64,000 nt of DNA from an uncultured virus (IMG/VR IMGVR_UViG_3300043777_000372) (IMGVR_UViG_3300043777_000372); one strand, 5' to 3'; shown: positions 38,882-48,970, numbered from the stretch's first letter. Program-made: numbers and translations. Notes: generated by a model not told the origin, from the sequence alone.

Positions 38882-40093
38882 GTGGCGTTCGAGGAATCTG
38901 CCGCGGCGAGCTCCCCGCCGTCGGCTGAATCCCATGAGGAGTTGAGCCGGGAAGCCAAGCGCAGTCGCCGTCATCGGGACGTGCGCGCGTCGACGGTATC
39001 GCTCCGACGAATGCCGAAGCGCGATCGGCTTCTCGCGCGGATGATGTTTCCGCAGGAGGAGATCGACGCGAACCAGGCCGAGCGACCTCGCACGCGCGCC
39101 GATTGCTCGGCCGTCGAACGCCCGTGTCCATGGGTCGGGTGCCGGTACCACCTATATCTCGACGTCTCGCCGCGCACGGGCGCAATCAAGATGAACTTCC
39201 CCGACCTCGAGCCGGACGAGCTTCAGCACACGTGCGTGCTCGACATCGCGGACCAGGGCGGCGCGACATTGGATGCGACGGGGTTGCTCATGAACGTCAC
39301 TCGCGAACGAGTTCGGCAGCTCGAGATCATGGCGTTGACGAAGACCGAGGAAAGGCATCTGCCCATGCTGCAGGAGATGAACGGCGAGGAGGTCGACCCG
39401 CTGGATCGGCGCCCGGTGAGAGGGGTGTCTGAGGGCATCAATGTGCTCGAGCTCGAGCAAGAACGCGCGCGCGTGGCGGAGAATGAAACGACCGCCGAGC
39501 CCGATCCGGAGAATGAAACGACCGCCGAGCCCGATCCGGAGGACGAAGCCCCCGACGAGGATGACGCGGCGGTGCTGCACTCGGGCCCGTTTCTCCGGTG
39601 GTTCGGCATTCCGCGCGAAGACGACATCGCGGAAGGCGGCATCCTGGCTCCGGAGGAGTCGAAGCCCATGCCCGCGAAGATCACGAAGACCCAGAAGATC
39701 GTCGAAACTGTTGGAGAGCACCCGGGTTGGAACGCGAATGAGATCGCCGACTACATCGAAGACAAGCCCGGTCCGACGTCGGCGACGTTGTCTCAGCTCG
39801 TCGCCCGCGGCTTCGTTACGGCCGGGGGCAACCCTCGGAAGTACTTTCCGACGGCGAAGCAGTACGTCGCCCGCGGCACGGCGGGCATCAATCGTACTGC
39901 GCCGGCGCGAAAGCCGAAGTCGAAGCCAACGATGACGAAGAGCAAGACGCGTCCGTCCCGCGCGAGCGCTGAGAAGATCGTTGCGACGATGACGCCGATC
40001 GCCGGCGTGGAAGCGATGCTTGTCGAGTGCCTCGCGAATGCGAAGCGCGAAGTCGACCGCATCGAGGCGGCGCTGGCGGCGATCCGGGGATAG
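38882..40093 (+). CDS. Cys-rich plus sigma-70 region 4 protein fused to a winged-HTH domain
   Basis: [38 protein letters not shown]-terminal [11 protein letters not shown]...LSQLVARG. Confidence 0.75.
   Translation: MAFEESAAASSPPSAESHEELSREAKRSRRHRDVRASTVSLRRMPKRDRLLARMMFPQEEIDANQAERPRTRADCSAVERPCPWVGCRYHLYLDVSPRTGAIKMNFPDLEPDELQHTCVLDIADQGGATLDATGLLMNVTRERVRQLEIMALTKTEERHLPMLQEMNGEEVDPLDRRPVRGVSEGINVLELEQERARVAENETTAEPDPENETTAEPDPEDEAPDEDDAAVLHSGPFLRWFGIPREDDIAEGGILAPEESKPMPAKITKTQKIVETVGEHPGWNANEIADYIEDKPGPTSATLSQLVARGFVTAGGNPRKYFPTAKQYVARGTAGINRTAPARKPKSKPTMTKSKTRPSRASAEKIVATMTPIAGVEAMLVECLANAKREVDRIEAALAAIRG
39481..39540 (+). repeat. 30-bp perfect tandem duplication ([10 protein letters not shown] x2)
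   Basis: Visible directly. Confidence 0.9.
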
Positions 40094-40115
40094 GCTCCGG
40101 GTCGGAGGTCCGATC

Positions 40116-40739
40116 ATGAAAGCAGCGGTCGCGAACGTCTTCTTCCGATTCTCGACGTCCTTCGAGGGACATTGCTCGTGGATGTACTGCGATGTGAAGG
40201 GGTACGTGACCACGGGCATCGGAAACCTCATCGACCCGATCGAAGCGGCGCTCGCCCTGCCGTGGTGCATCCAGGGGGACCCGACGCAGCCCGCGGACGT
40301 CGACAGCATTGCGGTCGCATGGCACGCGGTGAAGGCGCGCACCGACCTGTACCTCGCCGGCGGGGGTGCGTTCGCGCCGCTCACGAACCTACGCCTGACC
40401 GAATCGGCGATCGACAACCTCGTGCAGGGCAAGGCGACCGACAACGAGATCGAGCTGCGGAAGCACTTCCCGGACTACGATGACCTTCCCGCGGACGCGC
40501 AGCTTGGCGTGCTCTCCATGGCGTGGGCGATGGGAGCGGACTTCGCTCCCGGGTATCCGAAGTTCACTGCCGCGGTGAACGCGTGCGACTTCGTCGAGTG
40601 CGCCGCGCAGTGCTCCATGGACGCGACGGGTAATCCCGGGCTTCGCCCCAGAAACACGGCCGACGTAAAGTTGTTCACCGCCGCGGCCGCCGTCGTGTCG
40701 AACCACGGGGATCCCGACGTGCTAACCGGTTGGCCGTGA
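40116..40739 (+). CDS. phage lysozyme (endolysin)
   Basis: FEG...MYCDVKGYVTTGIG (E-x8-D-x5-T pattern). Confidence 0.85.
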   Translation: MKAAVANVFFRFSTSFEGHCSWMYCDVKGYVTTGIGNLIDPIEAALALPWCIQGDPTQPADVDSIAVAWHAVKARTDLYLAGGGAFAPLTNLRLTESAIDNLVQGKATDNEIELRKHFPDYDDLPADAQLGVLSMAWAMGADFAPGYPKFTAAVNACDFVECAAQCSMDATGNPGLRPRNTADVKLFTAAAAVVSNHGDPDVLTGWP

Positions 40740-41086
40740 GCACGAAGGAGATCATCGACAAGCTTCAGGAGGTCCGCACCGAAGGGCTCGCGAGTCCGCG
40801 GACCTTCGAGCTCCTCGAGCTCATCGTCGCTCGGCTCGAAGGTCCGTGGGCGGTGCAGGAGGTACCGACGGCGAAGCAGCACAAGAGCTCGGGGTCGATG
40901 CCCGCGACGGGCGCGCGTCCGGGGGACGTCATTCGCGGAAGCGCGTGCCCCGTGTGCGGGCGGCGCCGGCGGGAGCGCGGCGAGTGCAAGGCGGACTTCC
41001 ACACGCTCGGGGATTCGCAATCGCTCGCCGGGCAGGCGAAAGAGCTGTTCGCGTCGTCGGTGGAAAAGCTCGACGAGAAAAAGTGA
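40736..41086 (+). CDS. hypothetical protein
   Basis: Coupled ORF; CPVC. Confidence 0.6.
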   Translation: MSTKEIIDKLQEVRTEGLASPRTFELLELIVARLEGPWAVQEVPTAKQHKSSGSMPATGARPGDVIRGSACPVCGRRRRERGECKADFHTLGDSQSLAGQAKELFASSVEKLDEKK

Positions 41087-41101
41087 GGTCGACCTCACTT
41101 T
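41080..41101. promoter_or_regulatory. palindrome copy 12 (perfect)
   Basis: Supplies the stop codon. Confidence 0.9.
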
Positions 41102-41148
41102 CGATTCCGGCTACTTTCCTGCGCAGGTTCCCGGTGGGACCGTGGGCA

Positions 41149-41192
41149 GGGCGCCCACCGGATTGAGAGCATCTCCGGTGGGCGTTCTTTTT
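41149..41192 (+). terminator. intrinsic terminator-like hairpin
   Basis: CGCCCACCGGA/TCCGGTGGGCG stem followed by TTCTTTTT. Confidence 0.6.
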
Positions 41193-41207
41193 CCTGGGAG
41201 GAATCGA

Positions 41208-42101
41208 ATGAGCGTCATCGTGCTTCCGTCGGGTGCCAAGGTCGGTCGCGGTCTGAAGCAGAAGGACCCCGCGACGGCGCTCGTCTCGCTCGCGCTCACC
41301 CCCGTGACCGAGCACGCGCCCATCATGAAGGCGTTGAAGGCGCTGAGCGGACAGGCCGACCTCACGGCCTTCGTGAAGCGGATCCTCAACCAGGGGCTCA
41401 GCGAAACATGCTGGGCGCACTCGGCGACCGCGTTGAAGTTCGTCGTCGACATGATCCGCAGCGGCAAGGCGGACATGGTGAGCCCGCTGTTCTTCGCGAA
41501 GATCATGTACGCGCTCTATCGCGACGCGCAGACGCCCGCGGGCATGCCTCTCCCCGGACCCGGGCTCGAAGACCAGGGAGCGCAGCTGGACGACGCGCGC
41601 GATGCGTTTGCTCGATTCGGTTCCGTGCCGTTCGGCAAACCCGAGCAGGACGGCAACACCGACGTGCCGGCGACGCAGGACGATGACGGCGATCCGATCC
41701 TTCTGCCCGAGCTCACCGTTCCCGAGGCGGAGACGGGCATCACCGTCCCATTCGGCGGCAGCTACGACATCGCCACGGGGGCGGGCGCGGGAGACCTCGT
41801 CGCGGCCTCGCTCGAGGCGAAGAGGCCCGTGTGGTTCGGCACGCTCGTCGGGCAGGCGTTCCAGGCGCTCGTCGCGGGCGACATCGCGCAGCCTTGCGAC
41901 CCGAGCGACCCGACTGCCGGCGGGCACGCGATGGGTTATCTCGCGTACAAGACCGTTTCGGTGAACGGCACGAAGAAGCGCCAGTACAAGGTGCTGAACA
42001 GCTGGGGCGCGGACTGGTGCGAGGGGGGATACGTGTGGGCCTCGGAGGAGTTCGTCGAGGCGAATTGGTCGGCACTTCCGTTTGAGGACAACGCGCCATG
42101 A
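41208..42101 (+). CDS. papain-like (C1) cysteine peptidase
   Basis: NQGLSETCWAHS, GGHAM, VLNSWGADWCEGGY. Confidence 0.88.
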   Translation: MSVIVLPSGAKVGRGLKQKDPATALVSLALTPVTEHAPIMKALKALSGQADLTAFVKRILNQGLSETCWAHSATALKFVVDMIRSGKADMVSPLFFAKIMYALYRDAQTPAGMPLPGPGLEDQGAQLDDARDAFARFGSVPFGKPEQDGNTDVPATQDDDGDPILLPELTVPEAETGITVPFGGSYDIATGAGAGDLVAASLEAKRPVWFGTLVGQAFQALVAGDIAQPCDPSDPTAGGHAMGYLAYKTVSVNGTKKRQYKVLNSWGADWCEGGYVWASEEFVEANWSALPFEDNAP

Positions 42102-42373
42102 ACATCCAGCTCCCTGTCATCCATCTCCTCGTCATGCGTCTCGGAATGCTCGCCCTCGTGTTGGGCGGACTCGTCGTCGGCCAGATCATCCTGTCGTGCA
42201 CTCCGTCCGCGCCCGGGTCTCCGGCGCCGGCGGACGTGACGATCACGGTGACCGACGCCGGCACTGTCGTGCTCGTCGACGCGGGCAACCCGTGCGCGGC
42301 AGCGCAGACGATCACCGACGCTCGCCTCATCTGGGCGGAGGGCGGGTCGCTCGCGGTTCCGTGTCCGAAGTAG
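42098..42373 (+). CDS. small membrane protein or lipoprotein
   Basis: Hydrophobic N-terminus ending ILSC. Confidence 0.6.
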   Translation: MNIQLPVIHLLVMRLGMLALVLGGLVVGQIILSCTPSAPGSPAPADVTITVTDAGTVVLVDAGNPCAAAQTITDARLIWAEGGSLAVPCPK

Positions 42374-42389
42374 CGGCATCATCACCCGC

Positions 42390-42926
42390 ATGAGGCACGA
42401 GATCGTTGTGTTCGACCCGGAGGGAGCGATCCCCGAGGGCAAGGTATTCCGCCAAGACGCCGAGCTCGCCGCGATGAAGCGGAACGCGGTGGTGACCATC
42501 CCGACCATTCAGCCGAGCGCGCGGCGGCTCCTTTCGTTCTCCAAGTCGCTCTTCGGCGACGGGCTCGAGGTGAGCGAGACCATCCCGAACTACGTGGGAA
42601 GCGCCGGGCTGCTCCTTCAGCCGCGCGTGCAAGCCGATCGCGTGAGCTGGGCGGCGATGCTCCGGCATGCGCCCGGAGTGGCCCGCGGTGGCGAGGTGCG
42701 GCTCGTCGGAGACCCGCGCTGCGCGCCGTTCGGGCAAGGGCCTGTTTCTGACGATCCGGGCAATCGGGCGAGCGTGGTGAGCGGTGTGCAGATGAGCTCG
42801 TCGCTCGCGGTCGTGACGGGCGTGGTGCCGTGTCAGGTACCCGCCGAAGGCTTCTACGCGTTCGCGCTACACGGGTGGGCCCGCGGGTGCCGGCTGGTAT
42901 GGTTGGCCGTGTCGCAAGCGGAGTAG
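42390..42926 (+). CDS. hypothetical protein
   Basis: Leaderless start 7 nt after GCGGCATCAT. Confidence 0.7.
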   Translation: MRHEIVVFDPEGAIPEGKVFRQDAELAAMKRNAVVTIPTIQPSARRLLSFSKSLFGDGLEVSETIPNYVGSAGLLLQPRVQADRVSWAAMLRHAPGVARGGEVRLVGDPRCAPFGQGPVSDDPGNRASVVSGVQMSSSLAVVTGVVPCQVPAEGFYAFALHGWARGCRLVWLAVSQAE

Positions 42927-43525
42927 CGCTCGGGCTCGCTCTCGTCGGCTGCGGTGGCTACTTCACCGACGCCGGCCGGAGCTCGGCGATCGGTGCCGTC
43001 CAAGGAGCGACCGACGACGCGTCGCGGAAGCTCATCGACCAGGCTGCCGTGCAGGCGGCCGCGGCTGCACGTGACGAAGCGCTGGGCCCGGCGACCGAAG
43101 CCGCGCTGCAGAAGCTCATCGCCGGCGCTGGCGAGTCCGTGCGCGTGCAGATCCTTTCGATCGTGACCGCGCAGCTCCAGAACCAGATGCGCCGGCTCGT
43201 GCGAGTGGTCATCGACGAAGCGTTCGGACCGGTCACGCTCGCCGAGCTCGACGCTGCGCGCGAGCGGGTCGTGGGGGCGTCGCTGCAAGCCGACATGGAC
43301 GCGATCGTCGGGGCGGAGATCCCGAAGGTCGTGGTCGCGTTTCAAACGTCGATGCTGACCGCGCTTGCGCCCTTGCAGCATGCGGCGGATGCCGAAGCGG
43401 CGAAGTGGCGACCCATCGCGATCGCGTTTGCCGTGGGGGCGGTCTTTCTGTTCGTGGCGCTGGTGTTCACGTGGCACGTGCTCCAGACCCATCGGAAGCT
43501 CCTCGATCGGTTCCTCCCAAAGTGA
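42899..43525 (+). CDS. lipoprotein with C-terminal TM helix (spanin-like topology)
   Basis: LGLALVGC lipobox; IAIAFAVGAVFLFVALVFTW TM segment. Confidence 0.6.
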   Translation: MVGRVASGVALGLALVGCGGYFTDAGRSSAIGAVQGATDDASRKLIDQAAVQAAAAARDEALGPATEAALQKLIAGAGESVRVQILSIVTAQLQNQMRRLVRVVIDEAFGPVTLAELDAARERVVGASLQADMDAIVGAEIPKVVVAFQTSMLTALAPLQHAADAEAAKWRPIAIAFAVGAVFLFVALVFTWHVLQTHRKLLDRFLPK

Positions 43526-43540
43526 GGTCGACCTCACTTT
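43519..43540. promoter_or_regulatory. palindrome copy 13 (perfect)
   Basis: Supplies the stop; gap of 5 nt, then TAAGGCT. Confidence 0.9.
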
Positions 43541-43557
43541 CGCGGTAAGGCTCACCC

Positions 43558-44073
43558 ATGCACTTCCAACGGGTGTTCTACCGGTATGTGACGACCCCAG
43601 CGGGACCCGCGACCGTTGCGATGGGAGCCGACAGCGCGCCGACGACGGCGTACGGGACGCCCGGGACGGCGCCGGTACCTCAGCCTCCCGCCAAGAGCGC
43701 GGCGAACGTGGACAACGTGATCTCGTGCCGCAACTGGGGATCGGCGGCGCCGGCGCCCGTGAACCAGATCGCGGTGGCGATGTGCGGTCCTTCGGGAGCG
43801 ACCGCTCCCACGGCGAACCTGTACGTGTGGGACGACAACACCCAGCACTGGTACCTGCTCACGGCGACGGCGGTGACGCTCACGGACAACGAGGTGATCC
43901 TCATCCCGGTCGCGGCGCTCGCGGAGAATCTCGCGCAGGGCGGTCCGCAGTCGGCGAGCCAGACATCGAACAACGGGGCTGACTACATGCTCGTGGTCGT
44001 TGCCCCGGGGAGCCCGACGGCGGGACAGTACTCGTTCGCGATGAGCGCCGTTCTTTCCGCCCCTGCGGCGTGA
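43558..44073 (+). CDS. putative virion protein
   Basis: Beta-rich A/T/P composition; in the structural module. Confidence 0.7.
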   Translation: MHFQRVFYRYVTTPAGPATVAMGADSAPTTAYGTPGTAPVPQPPAKSAANVDNVISCRNWGSAAPAPVNQIAVAMCGPSGATAPTANLYVWDDNTQHWYLLTATAVTLTDNEVILIPVAALAENLAQGGPQSASQTSNNGADYMLVVVAPGSPTAGQYSFAMSAVLSAPAA

Positions 44074-44082
44074 CGGTTCCCC

Positions 44083-44104
44083 AAAGTGAGGTCGACCTCA
44101 CTTC
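44083..44104. promoter_or_regulatory. palindrome copy 14 (1 mismatch), then TAGCTT
   Basis: Gap of 5 nt, TAGCTT, 7 nt, ATG. Confidence 0.85.
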
Positions 44105-44122
44105 CAAGGTAGCTTCCGGCTC

Positions 44123-46516
44123 ATGACCGTCGCCGCTTTGGTGAAGTTCCAGCAGGGAGCAAGCGTCGGCACGCCGGGCGTCGCGCTCATCGGTTCTGCG
44201 GGCACGAGCGTCCAAGTCTCCAACGGGGCGAGCAACGCGGGGGTCGTCACGTGGACGTTCACCGTCGTCTCCGTGCCGTTCAGCAGCTCGGTCCCGGTGG
44301 GGGTCGCGCAGACGGGCAGCACTCCGACGTGGTCGTTCACTCCGGACGTGTCGGGCTGCTTCATCATCCAGCTCACCGTATCGGACGGAGCGACCCCTCC
44401 GAGCACGGCGTCGGACGCGCGCGCGTTCGGCATCTACGAGACCCTGGGATCGCCGTACCTCATCCCGAGCTTCACGGGGGACAACAACAGCCTGAACTTC
44501 GGAGGGCAAACGACGGGCTGGGACTTCTACATGGAGAAGTGGCTCAAGCTCGTCACCACGCTCGCGGCGGGCAGCGGCATCACCCAGCTGACGGGCGACG
44601 TTCTCGCGGGGCCAGGGACGGGCTCGCAGGTGGCCACGGTTGTGGCGCTCCAGGGCAACCCGGTCGCGAACACGAGCCCGACGAACACGTACGTCCTCAC
44701 TTGGAACGGCACGCACTGGGCGCCGGCGCCGGGCGGAGGAGGTGGTTCGTCGGTGACGGGCACGGGGCTCTGGTACTCCGCGTCGGGCGTCCTGAACGCG
44801 GCCGCGGTCACGCTCACGGGCGATCTCACGCCGAGCGTGCTGTCGGGCAGCAATCTCCCGGTGACGGTGAGCAGTCTGCAAGGGACCTCGTTGACGATCT
44901 CGTCTCCGTCGCTCGACCAGGTGCTCACGTGGAACGGGTCGGCGTGGGCGAACGTGGCGCTCCCCAACGCGACCGGGGGCGGCTCGGGGCTCATCCAGCT
45001 CAACACCGACCTCGGGGGCACCTACAACGCGCCCCAGGTGGTGGGCATCCTCGACCACTCGCTCCCCTCGTTCTCGGTGGGGTTCCTCTACTCGAACGGC
45101 ACGACGTGGTCCTTCACGCAGAGCGGCGACACGACCATCTCCGCCGGAGCGGTGCATGTGACCGGGCTCCTATCGAACGCGCTCCCGTCGCTCTCGACGG
45201 GATACCTGGAGTGGACCGGGTCGGCCTGGGCGTTCGGATCGGGAGGCGGCTCGGGGGCGATCACCTCGCTCACGGGGGCGGTGACGGGCACGGGACCGGG
45301 GGCGACGGCGACGACAATCACGCCCGGCACGAGCGCGCAGGTGCTCATGAGCAACGCCACGCCGACGACGACGTGGACCACCATCTCGGGAGACATCAGC
45401 CTCGGTGCGACGGGCTCGGTTTCGGTGGTGGCGCTCCGGGGCAACGCCGTGTCGAACACGAACCCGACGAGCGCTCATCCGATCCTCATCTGGAACGGGA
45501 GCACGTGGGCGCCGAGCGTCATCACCGGGGATCTCTCGATCGGGACCTACAGCGGGAGCGCGCAGCCGTACGAGGTGACGGGGCTCTTGAACAACGCGCT
45601 GCCCTCGTTGACGACGGGCTACCTCAACTGGACAGGGTCGGCGTGGGCGCTCACGGCGGTGACGAGCGGGATCAACCAGCTCACGGGAGACGTCACCGCA
45701 GGCCCGGGGACGGGTTCGCAGGCGGCGACGGTGGTGCAAGCGCAGGCTGGCGAGTACGTCTTCGGTTCGGGTGGCACCATGACCTGGGCGACGGGGGCGA
45801 CGCCGCTCATCACACAGGCGTCGACGACGAGCGCTACTCCGGCGACATTTACGATCACGCCGCAGACGAGCACGGCTGGGGCAACGGCGAGCGGAAGCAT
45901 TCTGAGCGTTTCACTCTCGGCTCCGGGAGCGAGTGGGAGCTTCGGGTACTTCGAGATCTCGCAAGGCGGCAGTGTGGTCGCTTACTTCACGGCGTTTCCG
46001 TTGAACACTTCGTATGGCGCGATGTACCTGACCGGCAACGCTCCCAATTCTCAGCCCAGCAGTCCGGCCGTTCTTGGCGATGCGACTTACACGTATTTCA
46101 ATGGTCCTGTGTCAGGGCAAGGCATCATGTCGGCGGGGCTTGGAATTGTCTCCACGTGGAACCTGAACAGCATTCAGTTCTTCAGCAGCATCAATCTCGA
46201 CTTGGGGGGTGGCGCCGGAGTGATGGGAATTGGTAACGCTTCGACAGTTCCGACTTCCACACCCTCGGGGGGCGGAGTCCTTTGGGCTGCCGGTGGAGCG
46301 TTGAAGTGGATCGGATCGTCGGGCACGACGACCACGATGGCGCCGGCCGACCTCGAAGGCTTCCTCGAAACCTCGGGCCATGGACACTGTCCGGTGTGCG
46401 GCACCGACTTCGGCTGCGAGTGGAAGAACGAGAAGTACGGCTCGCTCACGATCTGCATGAGCTGCCTCGCCGACAAGATGGGCGAGAACGACTGGATCGT
46501 GCGGAAGGTCGCTTGA
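44123..46516 (+). CDS. tail fibre-like protein
   Basis: Ig/PKD-like N-terminus; repeated ITQLTGDV..GPGTGSQ.ATVV and LTWNG.AW units. Confidence 0.8.
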   Translation: MTVAALVKFQQGASVGTPGVALIGSAGTSVQVSNGASNAGVVTWTFTVVSVPFSSSVPVGVAQTGSTPTWSFTPDVSGCFIIQLTVSDGATPPSTASDARAFGIYETLGSPYLIPSFTGDNNSLNFGGQTTGWDFYMEKWLKLVTTLAAGSGITQLTGDVLAGPGTGSQVATVVALQGNPVANTSPTNTYVLTWNGTHWAPAPGGGGGSSVTGTGLWYSASGVLNAAAVTLTGDLTPSVLSGSNLPVTVSSLQGTSLTISSPSLDQVLTWNGSAWANVALPNATGGGSGLIQLNTDLGGTYNAPQVVGILDHSLPSFSVGFLYSNGTTWSFTQSGDTTISAGAVHVTGLLSNALPSLSTGYLEWTGSAWAFGSGGGSGAITSLTGAVTGTGPGATATTITPGTSAQVLMSNATPTTTWTTISGDISLGATGSVSVVALRGNAVSNTNPTSAHPILIWNGSTWAPSVITGDLSIGTYSGSAQPYEVTGLLNNALPSLTTGYLNWTGSAWALTAVTSGINQLTGDVTAGPGTGSQAATVVQAQAGEYVFGSGGTMTWATGATPLITQASTTSATPATFTITPQTSTAGATASGSILSVSLSAPGASGSFGYFEISQGGSVVAYFTAFPLNTSYGAMYLTGNAPNSQPSSPAVLGDATYTYFNGPVSGQGIMSAGLGIVSTWNLNSIQFFSSINLDLGGGAGVMGIGNASTVPTSTPSGGGVLWAAGGALKWIGSSGTTTTMAPADLEGFLETSGHGHCPVCGTDFGCEWKNEKYGSLTICMSCLADKMGENDWIVRKVA

Positions 46517-46987
46517 ATGAGCGGCCAGTCCGGCATCACGTTCGATCGGCAGGTCTTCCAGTTCTCGAACGTCGCGGCATCGGGCGGCACCGCCGTCGTC
46601 ACCATTCCGACGAACGCGGCGCCGTACACCGACAAGGTCATCCGGCTGATGGCGCGCGTCTACACGACGTCGGCGGCGAGCAGCCACCTCGTCAACGCGT
46701 TCGCGGGGATTGTGGAGTACGTCGTCGAGAACAAGAACAACACAACGACCGCGGCGCCCGCGCTCTCGACGTCGTCCAACCCGATCAACTCGAACACGAC
46801 CGGCTTCGCGCTGACGTCGCGCGTGGAGACGGGGGACACGCCGGTGTCGACGTCCACGGCGGTGTGGACTCTCGTGAGCAGTGAGGCGACGCTCACGGTC
46901 ACCAACAACGCCGCGTCGGGCTCGGTCGCCGTCAACGTCACGGTCGTGGTCGACATCGAGTACGTCGGAAGCGTCTCGGTTCCGTAA
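46517..46987 (+). CDS. putative tail-associated protein
   Basis: Beta-rich, directly after the fibre gene. Confidence 0.7.
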   Translation: MSGQSGITFDRQVFQFSNVAASGGTAVVTIPTNAAPYTDKVIRLMARVYTTSAASSHLVNAFAGIVEYVVENKNNTTTAAPALSTSSNPINSNTTGFALTSRVETGDTPVSTSTAVWTLVSSEATLTVTNNAASGSVAVNVTVVVDIEYVGSVSVP

Positions 46988-46999
46988 GGACGAACTCCC

Positions 47000-47902
47000 A
47001 TGGCGAACCCTAATCCGGCTGGAAGATCGCAGGTTCTTCTGGCGCCGAGTTTCGGCGATTGGAGTGACGGCGCCTTCACCGTCTCGTCGACGCAGACGCT
47101 CACGCGCGACATGTTCTACACGACGCTCACCGTGAACGTCTCGCAGACGCTCCACACGGCCGGCTACCGCATCTACGCCGACGTCATCATCAACAACGGC
47201 ACGATCGATTGCAGTGGCGGGAATGCCTCGGGGGCGACGGGCGGAGGCGCTGCGTCGGGAGGGACGCTCTTTGGGGGGACGGCGGGAGCGAATGGGGTGA
47301 CGGGGACCTCGGGGGGCCCTGTCGCGGGCGCCTCGAGCACCTCGCAACCTGCAGGGAGCTTCGGGGGAACGTCGCTCAGCGGCAACGGTCCTGGGGTAGG
47401 CGGCACCGGAGGCACCGGACCGAGCGCTGCGGGAGGCGTCGCCGGAATCGTGAACGGGCTGGGCGCGAATTACGGCCAGATCCGCGCTCAGCCCTTCGCG
47501 CTCATGGGCGCGGTCATCGGGGTGGGGAGCGGGACTCCAGCGGTGCTCGTCCTCAGTGGCGCTACGGGCGGTGGCTCGGGCGGCGCGGGCGTCGGCACGG
47601 GCAATACCTCGGGCGGGGGTGGAGGCGGCGGTGGAGCGATGGTCGTGTGCTGCCGCTCGCTCCAGGGCAGCGGCGTGTTCAAGGCGACTGGCGGGAACGG
47701 TGCCGCGGGGGTCTCGGGCAACGCGGGAGGCGGCGCGGGAGGCGGAGGCGGCTGCATCATCCTTGTCGTGGGGGATTGGTCGCAGTGGACGGGCTCGACG
47801 AACGTGGCGGTGGGGAGCGGTGGCGCGGGCATCGGTTCGGGCACGGCCGGTGGTAGCGTAACCGCTCCGATCGTAGGACAAGTCATCCAGATTCAGGCGT
47901 GA
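47000..47902 (+). CDS. glycine-rich virion/tail protein
   Basis: FGDWSDG start; GGGGGGGG tracts. Confidence 0.75.
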   Translation: MANPNPAGRSQVLLAPSFGDWSDGAFTVSSTQTLTRDMFYTTLTVNVSQTLHTAGYRIYADVIINNGTIDCSGGNASGATGGGAASGGTLFGGTAGANGVTGTSGGPVAGASSTSQPAGSFGGTSLSGNGPGVGGTGGTGPSAAGGVAGIVNGLGANYGQIRAQPFALMGAVIGVGSGTPAVLVLSGATGGGSGGAGVGTGNTSGGGGGGGGAMVVCCRSLQGSGVFKATGGNGAAGVSGNAGGGAGGGGGCIILVVGDWSQWTGSTNVAVGSGGAGIGSGTAGGSVTAPIVGQVIQIQA

Positions 47903-48300
47903 GGGAGGACATCGTGAGCAAGTTTTTCCAGGTTCCGCAGGACATCGAGGTGAGGCCGTGGAAGGCGATGGACGTGACCGTCACGGGGGAGAAGGTCTCG
48001 TTCCTGAAGTACGCGACCTTCTCGTGGCTCGACGATCCGCGCGCGTACACGGACGGGCAACAGGGGTCGATCGTGAAGATGAAGCGGTGGCAGAAGGTCA
48101 TCGAGAAGTTCGAGGCGGCCAAGCCGGGCGACTTCCTCGAGCTCGAGGACCAGGACTGGACCACGCTCAAGAAGCTCGTGGAGGCGCCCGGGCGCTTCTT
48201 CCCCACGCCGGTGGTCATGGCGTGCATGGCGTTTTCGGACGCCGTGCTCAACGCGAAGGACGAGAAGCCCGCCCTCCTCGCGGAGTCGCAACCGAGCTGA
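47899..48300 (+). CDS. hypothetical protein (possible tail-fibre chaperone)
   Basis: LELEDQDWTTLKK; follows the fibre genes. Confidence 0.6.
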   Translation: MREDIVSKFFQVPQDIEVRPWKAMDVTVTGEKVSFLKYATFSWLDDPRAYTDGQQGSIVKMKRWQKVIEKFEAAKPGDFLELEDQDWTTLKKLVEAPGRFFPTPVVMACMAFSDAVLNAKDEKPALLAESQPS

Positions 48301-48518
48301 TGAACGGAGGCCGGCGCTTCACGGTCGGCCTCCTCATCGTCGCGCTCTCACTCGTCGTGGCGTGTGCCACGTGGTCGAAGACGGGAAGCGTGTATCGCTC
48401 GCGATGCATTCACGTAGGCATTCGCCCAGCATCAGACGGGATCGGCGACTACGCGATGACGCTGCAGGTATCGACGGAGTGGGGCCCGTGCTTGAATGAC
48501 GCCGGAGCCAACCCGTGA
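48300..48518 (+). CDS. small putative lipoprotein
   Basis: LLIVALSLVVAC. Confidence 0.5.
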   Translation: MNGGRRFTVGLLIVALSLVVACATWSKTGSVYRSRCIHVGIRPASDGIGDYAMTLQVSTEWGPCLNDAGANP

Positions 48519-48970
48519 GAGTCCTTCTGGTCGAAGACGACGAGCCGACCCGCCGCGTCGAGATCCGGATCTTGGAGAACGCGGGGCACGTGGTGTCGTG
48601 GGCGGCCACGGGGGACCGTGCGCTCGAGCAGCTGCGCTACTCGGCGATCGACTTCGACGTCGTCATCCTCGACCTCGGATTGCCCGGCAAGAGCGGCGAG
48701 GAGATCGCGGGCATCATGCGATGCGACCCGATCCTCAGCACGATCCCGATCGTGGTCGTGACGGGGAAGTCATCCGAGGAGCTCGCGGCGGGCACCGTGA
48801 ACCCGCTTCAGGGGGTGACGGTCGTGCTCGGTAAGCCTGTCGACGGCGATCATCTTCTGGCTGTGCTCCGGCATCTGGAGACCACCGAAGGGAGCGCGGC
48901 CGTCACGACGCCCGAAGATGCGCATGCACCTGAAACCGAAGAGGAAGCAACACCCGAAAGCGAATCATGA
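48515..48970 (+). CDS. stand-alone CheY-like response regulator receiver
   Basis: VLLVEDD, VILDLGLPGKSG, VVTG, GKPVD. Confidence 0.9.
   Translation: MRVLLVEDDEPTRRVEIRILENAGHVVSWAATGDRALEQLRYSAIDFDVVILDLGLPGKSGEEIAGIMRCDPILSTIPIVVVTGKSSEELAAGTVNPLQGVTVVLGKPVDGDHLLAVLRHLETTEGSAAVTTPEDAHAPETEEEATPESES

Noticed and set aside
44123..46516. Diversity-generating retroelement acting on the tail fibre
   Set aside because: Internal repeats are ordinary protein repeats; no reverse transcriptase or adenine-specific TR/VR pair was seen
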